From an uncultured Alphaproteobacteria bacterium (GTDB lineage: Bacteria > Pseudomonadota > Alphaproteobacteria > MPNO01 > DASWLB01), in the NCBI GenBank assembly GCA_963822575.1, contig CAWGHZ010000002.1:327115-391114 (forward strand): 64,000 bases of DNA, in the 5' to 3' direction. The notes under the pieces were generated by a model. It was not told where the DNA came from, did not search any database, and was given only the letters and a program-made list of their open reading frames with translations. The position numbers and the translations under genes were made by a program. Shown here piece by piece: positions 29,487 to 41,140 of the stretch. How positions within the stretch are numbered: the stretch's first letter is position 1; every line of letters begins with the position of its first letter.

Positions 29487-32400
29487 TCAGGCGCGCAACT
29501 CGTGGCGGGCAGGGGCGATGAGGCGCTCGCGCGGCAGGACGATCGTCACCGTCGTGCCTTTGCCGAGCTCGCTGTCGAACAGCATCGTGCCGCCGTGGAG
29601 GTCGACCAGCGACTTGGTGAGCGGCAGGCCGAGCCCGGTGCCCGCGTGCTTGCGCGAGAGCGTGCTGTCGACCTGGCCGAACGGCGCCAGAACGATGTCG
29701 ATATGTTCCTTGGCGATGCCGATGCCGGTGTCGGCGACCGCCAGCGCCAGCGAGCGGTCGGGCTCGACCCTGGCCGACACCGTGACCGCGCCGCCCTCCG
29801 GCGTGAACTTGATCGCGTTCGACAGGAGATTGATGAGGATCTGCTTGATCTTGCGCTCGTCCGCCCAGATCTGCGGCAAGGGCAGGGCGAGCCGCGTCGT
29901 GAGGTCGATGTTGCGCCCTCCCGCGCGCTCGCGCACCAGCCGCACCGTCGCCTCGATCACCTTCTCCAGCTCGACCGTCTGCTCCTGCAGCTCCAGCTTG
30001 CCGGCCTCGACCTTGGCGAGGTCGAGGATGTCGTTGATGACCGCGAGAAGGTGCATGCCGCTGATGCGGATGTCGCGGGCGTAGTCGCGGTAATGCACGT
30101 TGCCCAGCGGGCCGAACATCTCCTGCTCCATCACCTCCGAGAAGCCGATCACCGCGTTGAGCGGCGTGCGCAGCTCGTGGCTGACGTTGGCCAGGAACTC
30201 GCTCTTCGACCGGTTGGCGGCCTCGGCGGCCTCCTTGGCCTCGCGCAGCGCCTCCTCGGCCGCCTTCCTGGCGGTGATGTCGCGCGCGATGATCTGGTTC
30301 GCGGTGTGTCCCTGGTAGCTCAGCCGCGCCGCCTGCACCTCGACGGTCAGCACGCCGCCGTCGAGCTGGCGCCAGCGGATAGCCGGCACCCGGGCGCGCC
30401 CGACCTTTTCGATCATTGCCCGTGCCTCGATCTGGATGGGCAGGTCCTCGGGCAGGACGTGGTTCGACACCAGCCGGCCGATGAGCTGGTCGGGCGAGAC
30501 CGCGCCCAAAAGCCGGGCGGCCGCCGGATTGGCGAATTTGATGACGCCGTCGACGTGCACGAAGATCGCGTCGGGCGACATCTCCACCAGTTGGCGATAG
30601 CGGTTCTCGGAATCGCGCAGCGCCTCCTCCGCTTCCTGGCGCGCCTTGTCCGCCAGGTAGCGCGCAGTCACGTCGTGCGCGCCGAGCAGGAAGCACGGCT
30701 TGCCGTGCCATTCGACGGGCGTCGCGTTCGCCTCGACCCAGATGATCGTGCCGTCCCGGGCGATCCAGCGCAGCTCCATCGGACCGAGGTCGTGCCGGCC
30801 GCCCTGACGCAGCCGGCGGCGGCGCAGCACCTTGGTGCGGTCGTCGGGATGGACGAGGGTCATCGCGTCGCCCAGCGCGACCAGCTCGTCGGGAGAGGTG
30901 CCGCGGTACATCCGGGCGGCGGCCTCGTTGGCGAAGAGGATGTGCGCGCCGTCGTGCACGATCATCGCCTCGGGGGCGTGCGCGATCAGCTCGCGATAGC
31001 GCTCCTCGCTGGCGCGCAGCGCCTCCTCGGCCTTCTTCCGCTCGGTGATGTCGACGACCACGACGAACAGGCGCTTGATTTCGCCCTGTTCGTCGCGCAG
31101 CGGCGCGGCATGCATCTCCAGGTCGAGGATGCGGCCGTCCTTGGTAATGCGCTGGTCTTCGATGACGATCAGCCGTCCCTCGCGCAGCACCGTGCGGCGC
31201 ACCAGCCCGCGGTTCTCGTCGCGGCCGGGGATGCGTGTCGGGATGCGCTTGCCCACCACCTCCTCGGCCGACCAGCCGAACAGCCGTTCCGAGGCGGGGT
31301 TCCACATGGCGACACGATCCTCGAGATCGGCGACGGTGATGGCCAACGGGCAGGCCTCGATGGTCGCTTCCAGCATGCGATTGACGGTGCGGACCTGCTC
31401 CTCCGCCCGTTTGCGGTCGGTGATGTCGAGATAGAGGCTGATGCGCCCGCCATCGGCCATCTTGTGCTCGGAGATATAGAGCCAGCGGCCGTCCTTCAGG
31501 TAGATCTCGCCGGTGTCCTTGCCCTCGCGGTGCAGCCGGATGCGGTCCTCGATCAGGGTCTCGCGCCGGCCAGGCTCGTTGTATGCGTCGACCCGGTTAA
31601 AGGCGCGCCGGACGAAGTCCTCGAATTTGACGCCCCGTTCCAGCGCCGCGATGTTGCCATTTCTTTTGAGGCTCTCTTCCGCGCTGCGGTTCCACAGCAC
31701 CAGCCTGTCGTCGGCGTCCCACAGATGGATATTGTTGGGCAGGCTGTCGATCGCGTCGAGAAGGCGGGCGTGCGCCCTGGCGGCCAGACATTCGGCGGCG
31801 CGGCGTTCGGCGATCTCGCGCTCGAGCCGGGCGTTCGCGGCCTCCAGAGCCTCGGTCCGCTCCGCAACCTGCTCGCGAATTCGGCGGTTGCGGTCAGCGA
31901 CCAGCTTCAGGTAGCCCGCGACCATCACGCTCAACATCAGCCCGAAGGCTAGGGCGAGCGGCGCGGCGAGGCCGTGGCTCAACGCACGGACGCCAGCCGC
32001 CGGAAGAAACAGGGCGGTCCAGAGCCGCCCCGCGACGTCGACCGGACGGATCACGCCGTGCTCGGCCTGGGCGAGCGCCTGGGCGGCGTCCAGCGGACGC
32101 GAGCCGGCCGGGCCGCCGGCCCGTGCGTAGAGCAAGCGCGGACTCGGTGTGGCCCCGTCAAAAAGATAGAAGTCGAGCCCGGAGCCGGTCGCAGGCCCGA
32201 GCGCGGCGTTCACCACGTCGGTAAACCTGAGGCTGACCGCGGCGAGGCCCGTCAGCGCAAGGCGCCGTTCCGTCGCCGAGGTGGGCACGAACCCCGTGGT
32301 ATAGACGGGAAGAACGATGACCAGCCCGCGCGCCGGCTCGGGGCTGCCGATCAGCCAGTCGGAATCGACCGCAGCGGCGTTCCCGGTGGCGGCGATGCGC

Positions 32401-33029
32401 TCCAGCATGGCGGTCCAGCCGGGCAGCGACGCCACGTCGTAGCCGGTATCGGACCGGCCCTGGGCGCGGGTTTCGAGGTAGTGCACGACATAACGCACCG
32501 GCCGCGCCGCGGCTGGCACCGCTTCGCCTGCTTCATTGCGCTCGAACGGGCGCGGCGCGCCGGCGGTATCGCCCCCGGGGGCCGCGGCGCCTGCGTACAA
32601 CGACCGGCGCACGATATAGCCGATCGACCAGATTTCCGGGTTTGTCTGCACGACCTGGCGCGCGAAGATCGCGAATTCCTGCCCGGTCACCTCGTCAGAG
32701 GCGGCGAACAGGGCGCGCACGCCGATACCGACGTCGAAAAAACGCGACAGCGACGACTGGAACGCCACCAGATTGGCGCTGGCATGGCGGTTGAACGACA
32801 TCATGTCGCTCTCGCGCTGCGCCCGGGTCAGCGACCAGTACGCGCCGACCGAGAGGGCCGCGCCCAGCACCAGCGCGACCGCCGCGCCGAGGACGGCGCG
32901 CAGCCACGCTCGCCGCACCGCCGTCTCTGAGGCTGCGGGCGAGGGTGCAACGATTTCCGGCGGCATCACAGGCTCTGGGACCACGGTCCGATCCGGTGTA
33001 ACACCACGATGCGCCATCCTCGGCACCAA
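29487..33029 (-). CDS. Multi-domain sensor histidine kinase: N-terminal periplasmic CHASE-like sensor, ~4 PAS/PAC domains, HisKA and HATPase_c; no receiver domain. 1180 aa
   Basis: Two TM segments bracket a periplasmic region. There are repeated PAS-like segments. The H-box is VSHELRTPLNAVIGF, and N, G1 and G2 boxes are present (GTGLGL). Confidence 0.85.
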   Translation of the reverse strand: MVPRMAHRGVTPDRTVVPEPVMPPEIVAPSPAASETAVRRAWLRAVLGAAVALVLGAALSVGAYWSLTRAQRESDMMSFNRHASANLVAFQSSLSRFFDVGIGVRALFAASDEVTGQEFAIFARQVVQTNPEIWSIGYIVRRSLYAGAAAPGGDTAGAPRPFERNEAGEAVPAAARPVRYVVHYLETRAQGRSDTGYDVASLPGWTAMLERIAATGNAAAVDSDWLIGSPEPARGLVIVLPVYTTGFVPTSATERRLALTGLAAVSLRFTDVVNAALGPATGSGLDFYLFDGATPSPRLLYARAGGPAGSRPLDAAQALAQAEHGVIRPVDVAGRLWTALFLPAAGVRALSHGLAAPLALAFGLMLSVMVAGYLKLVADRNRRIREQVAERTEALEAANARLEREIAERRAAECLAARAHARLLDAIDSLPNNIHLWDADDRLVLWNRSAEESLKRNGNIAALERGVKFEDFVRRAFNRVDAYNEPGRRETLIEDRIRLHREGKDTGEIYLKDGRWLYISEHKMADGGRISLYLDITDRKRAEEQVRTVNRMLEATIEACPLAITVADLEDRVAMWNPASERLFGWSAEEVVGKRIPTRIPGRDENRGLVRRTVLREGRLIVIEDQRITKDGRILDLEMHAAPLRDEQGEIKRLFVVVVDITERKKAEEALRASEERYRELIAHAPEAMIVHDGAHILFANEAAARMYRGTSPDELVALGDAMTLVHPDDRTKVLRRRRLRQGGRHDLGPMELRWIARDGTIIWVEANATPVEWHGKPCFLLGAHDVTARYLADKARQEAEEALRDSENRYRQLVEMSPDAIFVHVDGVIKFANPAAARLLGAVSPDQLIGRLVSNHVLPEDLPIQIEARAMIEKVGRARVPAIRWRQLDGGVLTVEVQAARLSYQGHTANQIIARDITARKAAEEALREAKEAAEAANRSKSEFLANVSHELRTPLNAVIGFSEVMEQEMFGPLGNVHYRDYARDIRISGMHLLAVINDILDLAKVEAGKLELQEQTVELEKVIEATVRLVRERAGGRNIDLTTRLALPLPQIWADERKIKQILINLLSNAIKFTPEGGAVTVSARVEPDRSLALAVADTGIGIAKEHIDIVLAPFGQVDSTLSRKHAGTGLGLPLTKSLVDLHGGTMLFDSELGKGTTVTIVLPRERLIAPARHELRA

Positions 33030-33118
33030 TAGTTAACGGATCGTCACCTGCCCGGCTGGCCTGATTCCGGCGGCCTCTGTTAAGCTTGCCGGCATAAACG
33101 GGGGGCGAGGGAGGCGCG

Positions 33119-33306
33119 ATGGCGCGCGGACCCGGGCGGGAGGTCATCATCGAATATCGGCGCGTGGGCAATGCGGTGAAGGTCTCTGCGACCGACCCGG
33201 AGACGCTGGTCGAGGTGTCGATCGTGGGTCCGCCCGGCGCGGGCGAGGCGGCGCTGCGCCGCGCGGTGCTCGACAAGCTCGCCTACGTGCTGCGCCGCCG
33301 GGCCGG

Positions 33307-33310
<4 letters not shown>
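33119..33310 (+). CDS. Small hypothetical protein (63 aa), translationally coupled to livH
   Basis: GAGGGAGG RBS 6 nt upstream of the ATG. Codon usage is high in GC3, like the host. Its stop overlaps the livH ATG (GGATGA). No recognisable domain. Confidence 0.4.
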
Positions 33311-34238
<928 letters not shown>

Positions 34239-34239
<1 letters not shown>

Positions 34240-35663
34240 TGGCGCCGCAGGCGTCCCCCGGCGCGGCCGCGCTTCTCAAGGAGTCGGCGCTGGCGGCCCT
34301 GGTGGCGGCGGCTCTCGGCGTCGCCATCGTCGGGCTGCATTTGACCGAGACGCGTAGCGCGGAGATCGTCGTGCCGCGCTTCGGCGCGCTCGCCGGCGCG
34401 GTCGGGCTGGTGTTCCTGGGACGGCTCGGGATGGGGCTGGTGCGCACCGGGCGGGCCCGCCTCGCGCTCGCGGGCGGGCTCACAGTCGCCGCGGCCGCGT
34501 GGCTCGTCCCGTCCGCCAGCGCCTTTCTCCACGTGGTGGCGGTCGGTGGCGGGCTGGCGGTGGCCGGCTGGTCCGCGGCCGCGCTGGTCCGGGGTGCACG
34601 TCCGGCGCCGGCGCAAGAGGTGGCGGTGCGCCGGGCGGCGTCGGCGCGCCGCGCGCAGGCCTGGCTCGTTCCGCTCGCCATCGCCTTCGCCGTGGCGCTG
34701 CCGGCCTTCCCGTTCGCCGACCGCAGGTTGATGGACATCGCCATCCTGGTGATGACCTACGTGATGCTCGGGTGGGGGCTCAACATCGTGGTCGGGCTCG
34801 CCGGGCTGCTCGACCTCGGCTACGTCGCGTTCTACGCGGTCGGCGCCTACGGCTTCGCCCTGCTCGCGACCGGCCTGCATCTCGGCTTCTGGGCCTGCCT
34901 GCCGCTTGCCGGCGGGCTCGCCGCCGCGTTCGGCCTCGCCCTGGGCTTCCCGGTGCTCCGGCTGCGCGGCGACTACCTCGCCATCGTCACGCTCGGCTTC
35001 GGCGAGATGATCCGCATCGTGCTCACCAACTGGGTGAGCCTGACCAACGGGCCCAACGGCATCTCGGGCATCCCGCGGCCCGACTTCTTCGGCATCGCCT
35101 TCTCGCCGGTGGCGCGCGACGGCGGCACGACGTTCCACGCGCTGTTCGACGTACCCTACTCGCCGATGCAGCGCATCGTGTTCCTCTACTACCTGATCCT
35201 GGCGATGGCGCTGGCGACCAACCTCGTGACCTTGCGACTGCGCCGCCTGCCGCTCGGCCGCGCGTGGGAGGCGCTGCGCGAGGACGAGATCGCCTGCCGC
35301 GCGCTGGGCATCAACCCGACGGCGGTGAAGCTCTCCGCCTTCGCGATGGGCGCAATGTTCGGCGGCTTCGCCGGCGCGTTCTTCGCGACGCGCCAGGGCT
35401 TCATCAGCCCGGAGAGCTTCACCTTCATCGAGTCCGCGATCATCCTCGCGATCGTCGTCCTGGGCGGCATGGGGAGCCAGACCGGCGTCGCGCTCGCCGC
35501 CTTCGTGCTGATCGGCATCCCGGAGTGGTTCCGCGCCCTGCAGGAATACCGGATGCTGGCGTTCGGCGTCTCGATGGTGCTGATCATGACCTGGCGGCCG
35601 CGCGGGCTCCTCGCCCATCGCCAGCCGACCATTCGCCTCGCCGGGCGCAAGGCGGCGCCGTGA
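34239..35663 (+). CDS. livM: Branched-chain amino-acid ABC transporter permease LivM, ~474 aa (GTG start overlapping the livH stop)
   Basis: The extended N-terminal TM region plus the LivM core ([13 protein letters not shown]) are present. Confidence 0.85.
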
Positions 35664-36454
35664 CCGCGCTGCTAGCCGTCGACGCGCTGACCATGCGGTT
35701 CGGCGGGCTATTGGCCGTCGACGGACTCACGTTCGAGGCCGAGGCCGGCGCGATCACGGCGTTGATCGGGCCCAACGGCGCCGGCAAGACCACCGTGTTC
35801 AACTGCGTCACCGGCTTCTATCGGCCGACCGAGGGCAACCTGACATTGAACAGCGGCGGGCGGAGCTTCCGGCTCGACCGCATGCCGGGCCATCGCATTG
35901 CGCGCCGCGCGCGGATCGCCCGCACCTTCCAGAATGTGCGGCTGTTCGCCGGCATGTCGCTTCTGGAGAACCTGCTGGTCGCGCAGCACAACGCGCTGAT
36001 GCGCGCCTCGGGCTATACCGTGCTCGGGCTTGTCGGGCTCGGCGGCTACAAGGCGGCGGAGCGTCGCGCGGTCGAGGTGGCGCGCGGCTGGCTCGACCGC
36101 ATCGCACTCACCCATCGCGCCGACGACCTGGCCGGGAACCTGTCCTACGGCGACCAGCGCCGGCTCGAGATCGCGCGCGCGATGTGCACCCGCCCGGCGC
36201 TCCTCTGCCTCGACGAGCCGGCGGCCGGGCTCAACCCGCGCGAGTCGGCCGCGCTCACCGAGCTTCTCGCCGAGATCCGCGCGGACGCGGGCACCGGCAT
36301 CCTCCTGATCGAGCACGACATGAGCGTGGTGATGGGCATCTCCGACCGCATCGTGGTGCTGGATTACGGCCGCAAGATCGCCGAAGGCCCGCCCGATTCG
36401 GTGCGCTCCGATCCCAAGGTGATCGCCGCCTATCTCGGCGAGGACGAGCCGTGA
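35660..36454 (+). CDS. livG: Branched-chain amino-acid ABC transporter ATP-binding protein LivG
   Basis: Walker [13 protein letters not shown] signature [14 protein letters not shown] and Walker B LLCLDEP. The GTG start overlaps the livM stop. Confidence 0.9.
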   Translation: MTALLAVDALTMRFGGLLAVDGLTFEAEAGAITALIGPNGAGKTTVFNCVTGFYRPTEGNLTLNSGGRSFRLDRMPGHRIARRARIARTFQNVRLFAGMSLLENLLVAQHNALMRASGYTVLGLVGLGGYKAAERRAVEVARGWLDRIALTHRADDLAGNLSYGDQRRLEIARAMCTRPALLCLDEPAAGLNPRESAALTELLAEIRADAGTGILLIEHDMSVVMGISDRIVVLDYGRKIAEGPPDSVRSDPKVIAAYLGEDEP

Positions 36455-37167
36455 TGCTCGAGATCGCCGGGCTCGCCGCCGGGTACGGCCATATCGAGGT
36501 GCTGCACGGCCTCGACCTCGCGGTGGAGGAGGGCGAGATCGTCGCTCTGATCGGCGCCAACGGCGCCGGCAAATCGACCTTGCTGATGACCATCTGCGGC
36601 GAGCCGCGTGCCGGCGCCGGGCGGATCGTCTTCGACGGCGCCGACATCACCGACCTCGCGACCTGGGAGATCGCGCGGCGCGGCATCGCCCACGTGCCGG
36701 AGGGGCGGCGCATCTTCCCGCGCATGACGGTGCTGGAGAATCTGCAGCTCGGCGCGACGGCGTCGGGCGGCGTCACCGGCGAGGCGCTCGACCGCGCCTT
36801 CGCCCTGTTCCCGCTGCTCGCCGAGCGGCGGGCGCAGCGGGGCGGCACCCTGTCCGGCGGCGAACAGCAGATGCTCGCCATCGCCCGCGCGCTGATGGCC
36901 CGCCCGCGCCTGCTGCTGCTCGACGAGCCCTCGCTCGGCCTCGCGCCTCTCGTCGTCCGGCGCATCTTCGCCGCGATCCGCGAGATCAACGCGCGCGAGG
37001 GCGTGACCGTGTTCCTGGTCGAGCAGAACGCCCACCAGGCGCTGCGTCTCGCCGCGCGCGGCTACGTGATGGTCAACGGCCGCATCACGCTCACCGGCAC
37101 GGGCGCCGAGCTTCTCGCCAACCCGGACGTGCGCGCGGCCTATCTCGAAGGCGGCGCCGCGCCGTGA
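36454..37167 (+). CDS. livF: Branched-chain amino-acid ABC transporter ATP-binding protein LivF
   Basis: Walker A GANGAGKST, signature LSGGEQQMLAIARA and Walker B LLLLDEP. ATGA overlap with livG. Confidence 0.9.
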   Translation: MLEIAGLAAGYGHIEVLHGLDLAVEEGEIVALIGANGAGKSTLLMTICGEPRAGAGRIVFDGADITDLATWEIARRGIAHVPEGRRIFPRMTVLENLQLGATASGGVTGEALDRAFALFPLLAERRAQRGGTLSGGEQQMLAIARALMARPRLLLLDEPSLGLAPLVVRRIFAAIREINAREGVTVFLVEQNAHQALRLAARGYVMVNGRITLTGTGAELLANPDVRAAYLEGGAAP

Positions 37168-37208
37168 GAAATGTTAGATTGCGGCAACACCGGAGATCGG
37201 AGGCAGGC

Positions 37209-38333
37209 ATGAAACGGAGCTGGATCGGCGTTGCGGCGGTGGCCGCTTTCGCGGCGCTTGCCGGGGCGTGGCCGGCGGCGGCGGCGGCGGACGACATCCT
37301 GATCGCCTCGGTGGGGCCGATCACCGGCCAGTACGCCGCGTTCGGCGATCAGCTCAAGCGCGGCGCCACCCAGGCGGTCGCCGACATCAATGCCAAAGGC
37401 GGCGTCTTGGGCCGCAAGCTCAAGCTTCTGGTCGGCGACGACGCGTGCGATCCCAAGCAGGCGGTGGCGGTGGCGAACGAGATGGCGTCGCGCCGCGTCG
37501 CGCTGGTCGCCGGCCATTTCTGCTCGGGCTCGTCGATCCCGGCCTCGGACGTCTATGCCGAGGAGAACATCCTGCAGATCTCGCCGGCCTCGACCAACCC
37601 GAAGCTCACCGAGCAGGGCTACGCCAACGTGTTCCGCACCTGCGGGCGCGACGACCAGCAGGGCAAGGTCGCCGGCAATTTCCTCGCCGACCATTTCGCC
37701 GGCAAGAACATCGCGATCCTCCAGGACAAGACGGCCTACGGCAAGGGCCTCGCCGACGAGACCAAGCGGACCCTGAACGCGCGCGGCATCCACGAGGTGA
37801 TGTACGAGGCCTACACGGCCGGCGAGAAGGACTACTCGGCGCTGGTCACCAAGCTGAAGCAGGCCCGCGTCGACGTCGTCTATCTCGGCGGCTACCACAC
37901 CGAGGCGGGGCTGATCGTCCGCCAGATGCGCGAGCAGGGCATGAAGACTCGGCTGGTCTCGGGCGACGCGCTGGTTACCGACGAGTTCTGGAAGATTGCC
38001 GGGCCGGCGGGCGAGGGCACCATGATGACCTTCAGCCCCGACCCTCGGAAGAACCCGGAGGCCGCGCCGGTCGTCGCCGAGTTCCGCAAGCAGGGCTACG
38101 AGCCGGAGGGCTACACGCTCTATAGCTACGGCGCGATCCAGGCCTGGGCCGAGGCGGCCCAAAAGGCGGGCACGATCGACACGCAGAAGGTCGCCGCGGC
38201 GCTGCGCCAGGGCGAGTATCCGACGGTGCTGGGCAGGATCGGGTTCGACAAAAAGGGCGACGTCACCGCACCGGGCTACGTCTTCTATGTCTGGCACAAC
38301 GGGAAGTACGACTACTACAAGCCGGCGGGCTAA
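37209..38333 (+). CDS. livK: Leu/Ile/Val-binding periplasmic protein (LivK/BraC family), 374 aa, with signal peptide
   Basis: Signal peptide AAVAAFAALAGAWPAAAAA, then the type-I periplasmic binding fold (ILIASVGPITGQYAAFG). Confidence 0.85.
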   Translation: MKRSWIGVAAVAAFAALAGAWPAAAAADDILIASVGPITGQYAAFGDQLKRGATQAVADINAKGGVLGRKLKLLVGDDACDPKQAVAVANEMASRRVALVAGHFCSGSSIPASDVYAEENILQISPASTNPKLTEQGYANVFRTCGRDDQQGKVAGNFLADHFAGKNIAILQDKTAYGKGLADETKRTLNARGIHEVMYEAYTAGEKDYSALVTKLKQARVDVVYLGGYHTEAGLIVRQMREQGMKTRLVSGDALVTDEFWKIAGPAGEGTMMTFSPDPRKNPEAAPVVAEFRKQGYEPEGYTLYSYGAIQAWAEAAQKAGTIDTQKVAAALRQGEYPTVLGRIGFDKKGDVTAPGYVFYVWHNGKYDYYKPAG

Positions 38334-38348
38334 GGCTTTTCCCTCGCA

Positions 38349-38364
38349 GCCCCCCGGAGGGGGC
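38349..38364. terminator. Short GC hairpin (CCCCC-gga-GGGGG) between the convergent livK and mucR genes; possible bidirectional terminator
   Basis: gccccccggagggggc lies between the stops at 38333 and 38403. There is no U-tract, so support is weak. Confidence 0.25.
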
Positions 38365-38402
38365 GGCAAGGGAGACGGTCGCCGGCGCCTGACCGGACGG
38401 CC

Positions 38403-38855
38403 TTACGCCTCGGCGCGGGCGCGCCGGCCGGGGCGCTGGCCGGGCTTGCGGCCGAGGCCGATTTTCTTCGCGAAATCAGAGCGCTGTGCGGCGTAGTTCG
38501 GAGCGACCATCGGGTAGTCGGGCGGCAGGCTCCACTTGGCCCGGTACTCGTCCGGCGACATTCCGTAGGCGGCGCGCAAATGGCGCTTCAGCATCTTGAG
38601 CTTCTTGCCGTCCTCGAGGCAGACGAGATATTCGGGCGTGACCGACCGGCGCACCGGCACGGCAGGCTTCAGCGGCTCGGACGCGGCGACGGGGCCATCG
38701 CCGCTATAGGTCCGGAGCGACGCGAACACGGTTCCGATGACTTCGGAAATCTGGCCGGGGGGCAGAGGATTGTTGCTGACATAGGCGGCGACGATATTCA
38801 CTGCCATACGCAGGACTTCACCGGACTCGATTGCTTTCTCGGGCTGGTCGACCAT
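38403..38855 (-). CDS. mucR: MucR/Ros-family zinc-finger transcriptional regulator, 150 aa
   Basis: Classic Ros/MucR core YLVCLEDGKKLKMLKRHLRAAYGMSPDEYRAKWSLPPDYPMVAPNYA. ATG at 38855. Confidence 0.85.
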   Translation of the reverse strand: MVDQPEKAIESGEVLRMAVNIVAAYVSNNPLPPGQISEVIGTVFASLRTYSGDGPVAASEPLKPAVPVRRSVTPEYLVCLEDGKKLKMLKRHLRAAYGMSPDEYRAKWSLPPDYPMVAPNYAAQRSDFAKKIGLGRKPGQRPGRRARAEA

Positions 38856-39360
38856 CCCTGGTCCCTTTCCTGTTTTTGTGGAGCGCGGACTGATTGCACG
38901 CGGAAAGTCGCTTGTCAACATCGATCAAGAATTGATTCGGTAAATATGTGGCGAATAACCGCAAACACGCCGCCTTGAATTGCGGCTTTTTGCCGCGCCA
39001 CAGTATGCGAGGTGCAGGCGCTTGTGTGCGTTTGATGAAAATCGCAAAAGCGGACCGTAATCCGTATGCCGGAAAGCGATCAGGCCATAATCCCAGCATA
39101 AATGTTCTATAAACATCGTGCCTGTGATTTGGCCAGGGCGCGAATCCTTGTGCGCGTCCGGCGAACCCTGCGCGGCGCGCCGCCGCCCTCGGACCCGGCG
39201 CCGCCTCGCGAGCCGTAGTGGGATGCTGGAATGCGTTCCGCCATATATGGTAAGTTCCGCCCGATTCGGGTTCCCACAGAACGCGCGCGCCCGCATTGGG
39301 CCGGGCAGGCCTCGGTTCGCCGCGCGCGAACGCTTGAAATGCTGGAAAGGTAAGGGATCG

Positions 39361-40666
39361 ATGTCGTTACAGGAGGCCGCGACGGCGGTTCGGGGCGGGT
39401 TTTTCGACGCCGCGCTCAGCGAGACGGACCCCGAGGTCCAGTCCGCGATCCGGGGCGAGCTTGCGCGTGAGCAGGACCAGATCGAGCTGATCGCCTCGGA
39501 GAACCTGGTCTCCGCCGCGGTGCTCGAGGCCCAGGGCTCGGTGATGACCAACAAATACGCCGAGGGCTATCCGGGCCGGCGCTATTACGGCGGCTGCGAA
39601 TATATGGACGTGGTCGAGGATCTGGCGCGCGAGCGGGCGAAGAAGCTGTTCGACTGCGCCTTCGTCAACGCCCAGCCCCATTCCGGCGCCCAGGCCAACC
39701 TCGGCGCGTTCTTCGCGCTCGCCAAGCCCGGCGACACCATCATGGGCATGTCGCTCGCCGCCGGCGGGCATCTGACCCACGGTGCCGCGCCCAACTATTC
39801 GGGCAAGTGGTTCCACGCCGTGCAGTACGGCGTGAGGCGCGAGGACGCGCGCATCGATCTCGACGAGGTTGCGCGCCTCGCCGCCGAGCACAAGCCGAAG
39901 ATCATCGTCGCCGGCGGGTCCGCCTATCCGCGCATCATCGACTTCGCGAAGTTCCGCGAGATCGCGGATTCGGTCGGCGCCTATTTGATGGTCGACATGG
40001 CGCATTTCGCCGGGCTGGTCGCCGGCAAGGTGCACCCGAGCCCGCTGCCGCACGCGCACATCGTCACCACCACCACGCACAAGACGCTGCGCGGCCCGCG
40101 CGGCGGCATGATCCTCGCGATGGACGACGAGATCGGCAAGAAGGTCAACTCGGCGATCTTCCCCGGCATCCAGGGCGGGCCGCTGATGCACGTGATCGCG
40201 GCCAAGGCGGTTGCGCTGGGCGAGGCCCTCAGGCCCGCGTTCCGCGACTATGCCAAGCACGTCGTCGACAACGCGAAGACCCTCGCCAGCCACGCTGGCC
40301 GAGGGCGGGCTCGCCATCGTCTCGGGCGGCACCGACACGCACTTGATGCTGGTCGACCTGCGTCCCAAGAAGCTCACCGGCAAGGCGGCCGAGATCGGCC
40401 TCGAGCGCGCGGGCCTCACCTGCAACAAGAACGGCATCCCGTTCGACCCGGAGAAGCCGACCGTCACCTCGGGCATCCGGCTCGGCTCGCCCGCCGGCAC
40501 GACGCGCGGCTTCGGCGCGGCGGAGTTCCGCGAGATCGGCCGGCTGATCGTCGAGGTGCTGGACGGGCTCGCCAAGAACCCGGACGACAATGCGGCGGTG
40601 GAGCGCTCGGTGCGGGCCCGCGTGGAGGCGCTCTGCCGGCGCTTCCCCATCTATCCGCACCGCTGA
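39361..40666 (+). CDS. glyA: Serine hydroxymethyltransferase with an apparent +1 frameshift near 40290
   Basis: The PLP-lysine motif [14 protein letters not shown] and the SHMT N-terminus are present. The C-terminal third ([23 protein letters not shown]...) lies in the adjacent frame. There is an extra c in ctcgccagccacgctggccgag. Confidence 0.9.
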
Positions 40667-40681
40667 CGGGGGGAGGGGGCC

Positions 40682-41140
40682 ATGCGCTGCCCGTTCTGCG
40701 GAACCGAGGACACCCAGGTCAAGGAACTCGCGTCCGACCGACGACAACTCGGCGATCCGCCGCCGCCGCTCCTGCACGAGCTGCGGCATGCGCTTCACCA
40801 CATTCGAGCGCGTCCAGCTTCGCGAGCTCACGGTGGTCAAGAAGGACGGCAAGCGCGAGCCGCTCGACCGCGACAAGCTCGCGCGCTCGATGATGATCGC
40901 GCTGCGCAAGCGGCCGGTGCCGCCCGAGCGCGTCGAGATCGCCATCAACGGCATCATCCGCCGCCTCGAAAGCCTGGGCGAGCCCGAGGTCAAGTCCGAC
41001 ACGGTGGGCGAGATGGTGATGGATGCGCTCGCCAGCCTCGATCCCGTGGCCTATGTGCGCTTCGCCTCGGTCTATCGCAATTTCCGCGAGGCGCGCGACT
41101 TCGAGACGTTCGTGGGAACGCTCGGTGGCACCGGCGACTG
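40682..41140 (+). CDS. nrdR: Transcriptional repressor NrdR with an apparent +1 frameshift near 40735
   Basis: [14 protein letters not shown] is in one frame, while [30 protein letters not shown]... (zinc ribbon plus ATP-cone) is in the next. There is an extra a in aaggaactcg. Confidence 0.85.

Noticed and set aside
29502-31952. 816-aa plus-strand ORF and the 627-aa alternate-frame minus ORF (29422..31305) inside the histidine kinase gene
   Set aside because: Out-of-frame or antisense readings of the 1180-aa sensor kinase. They contain no domains.
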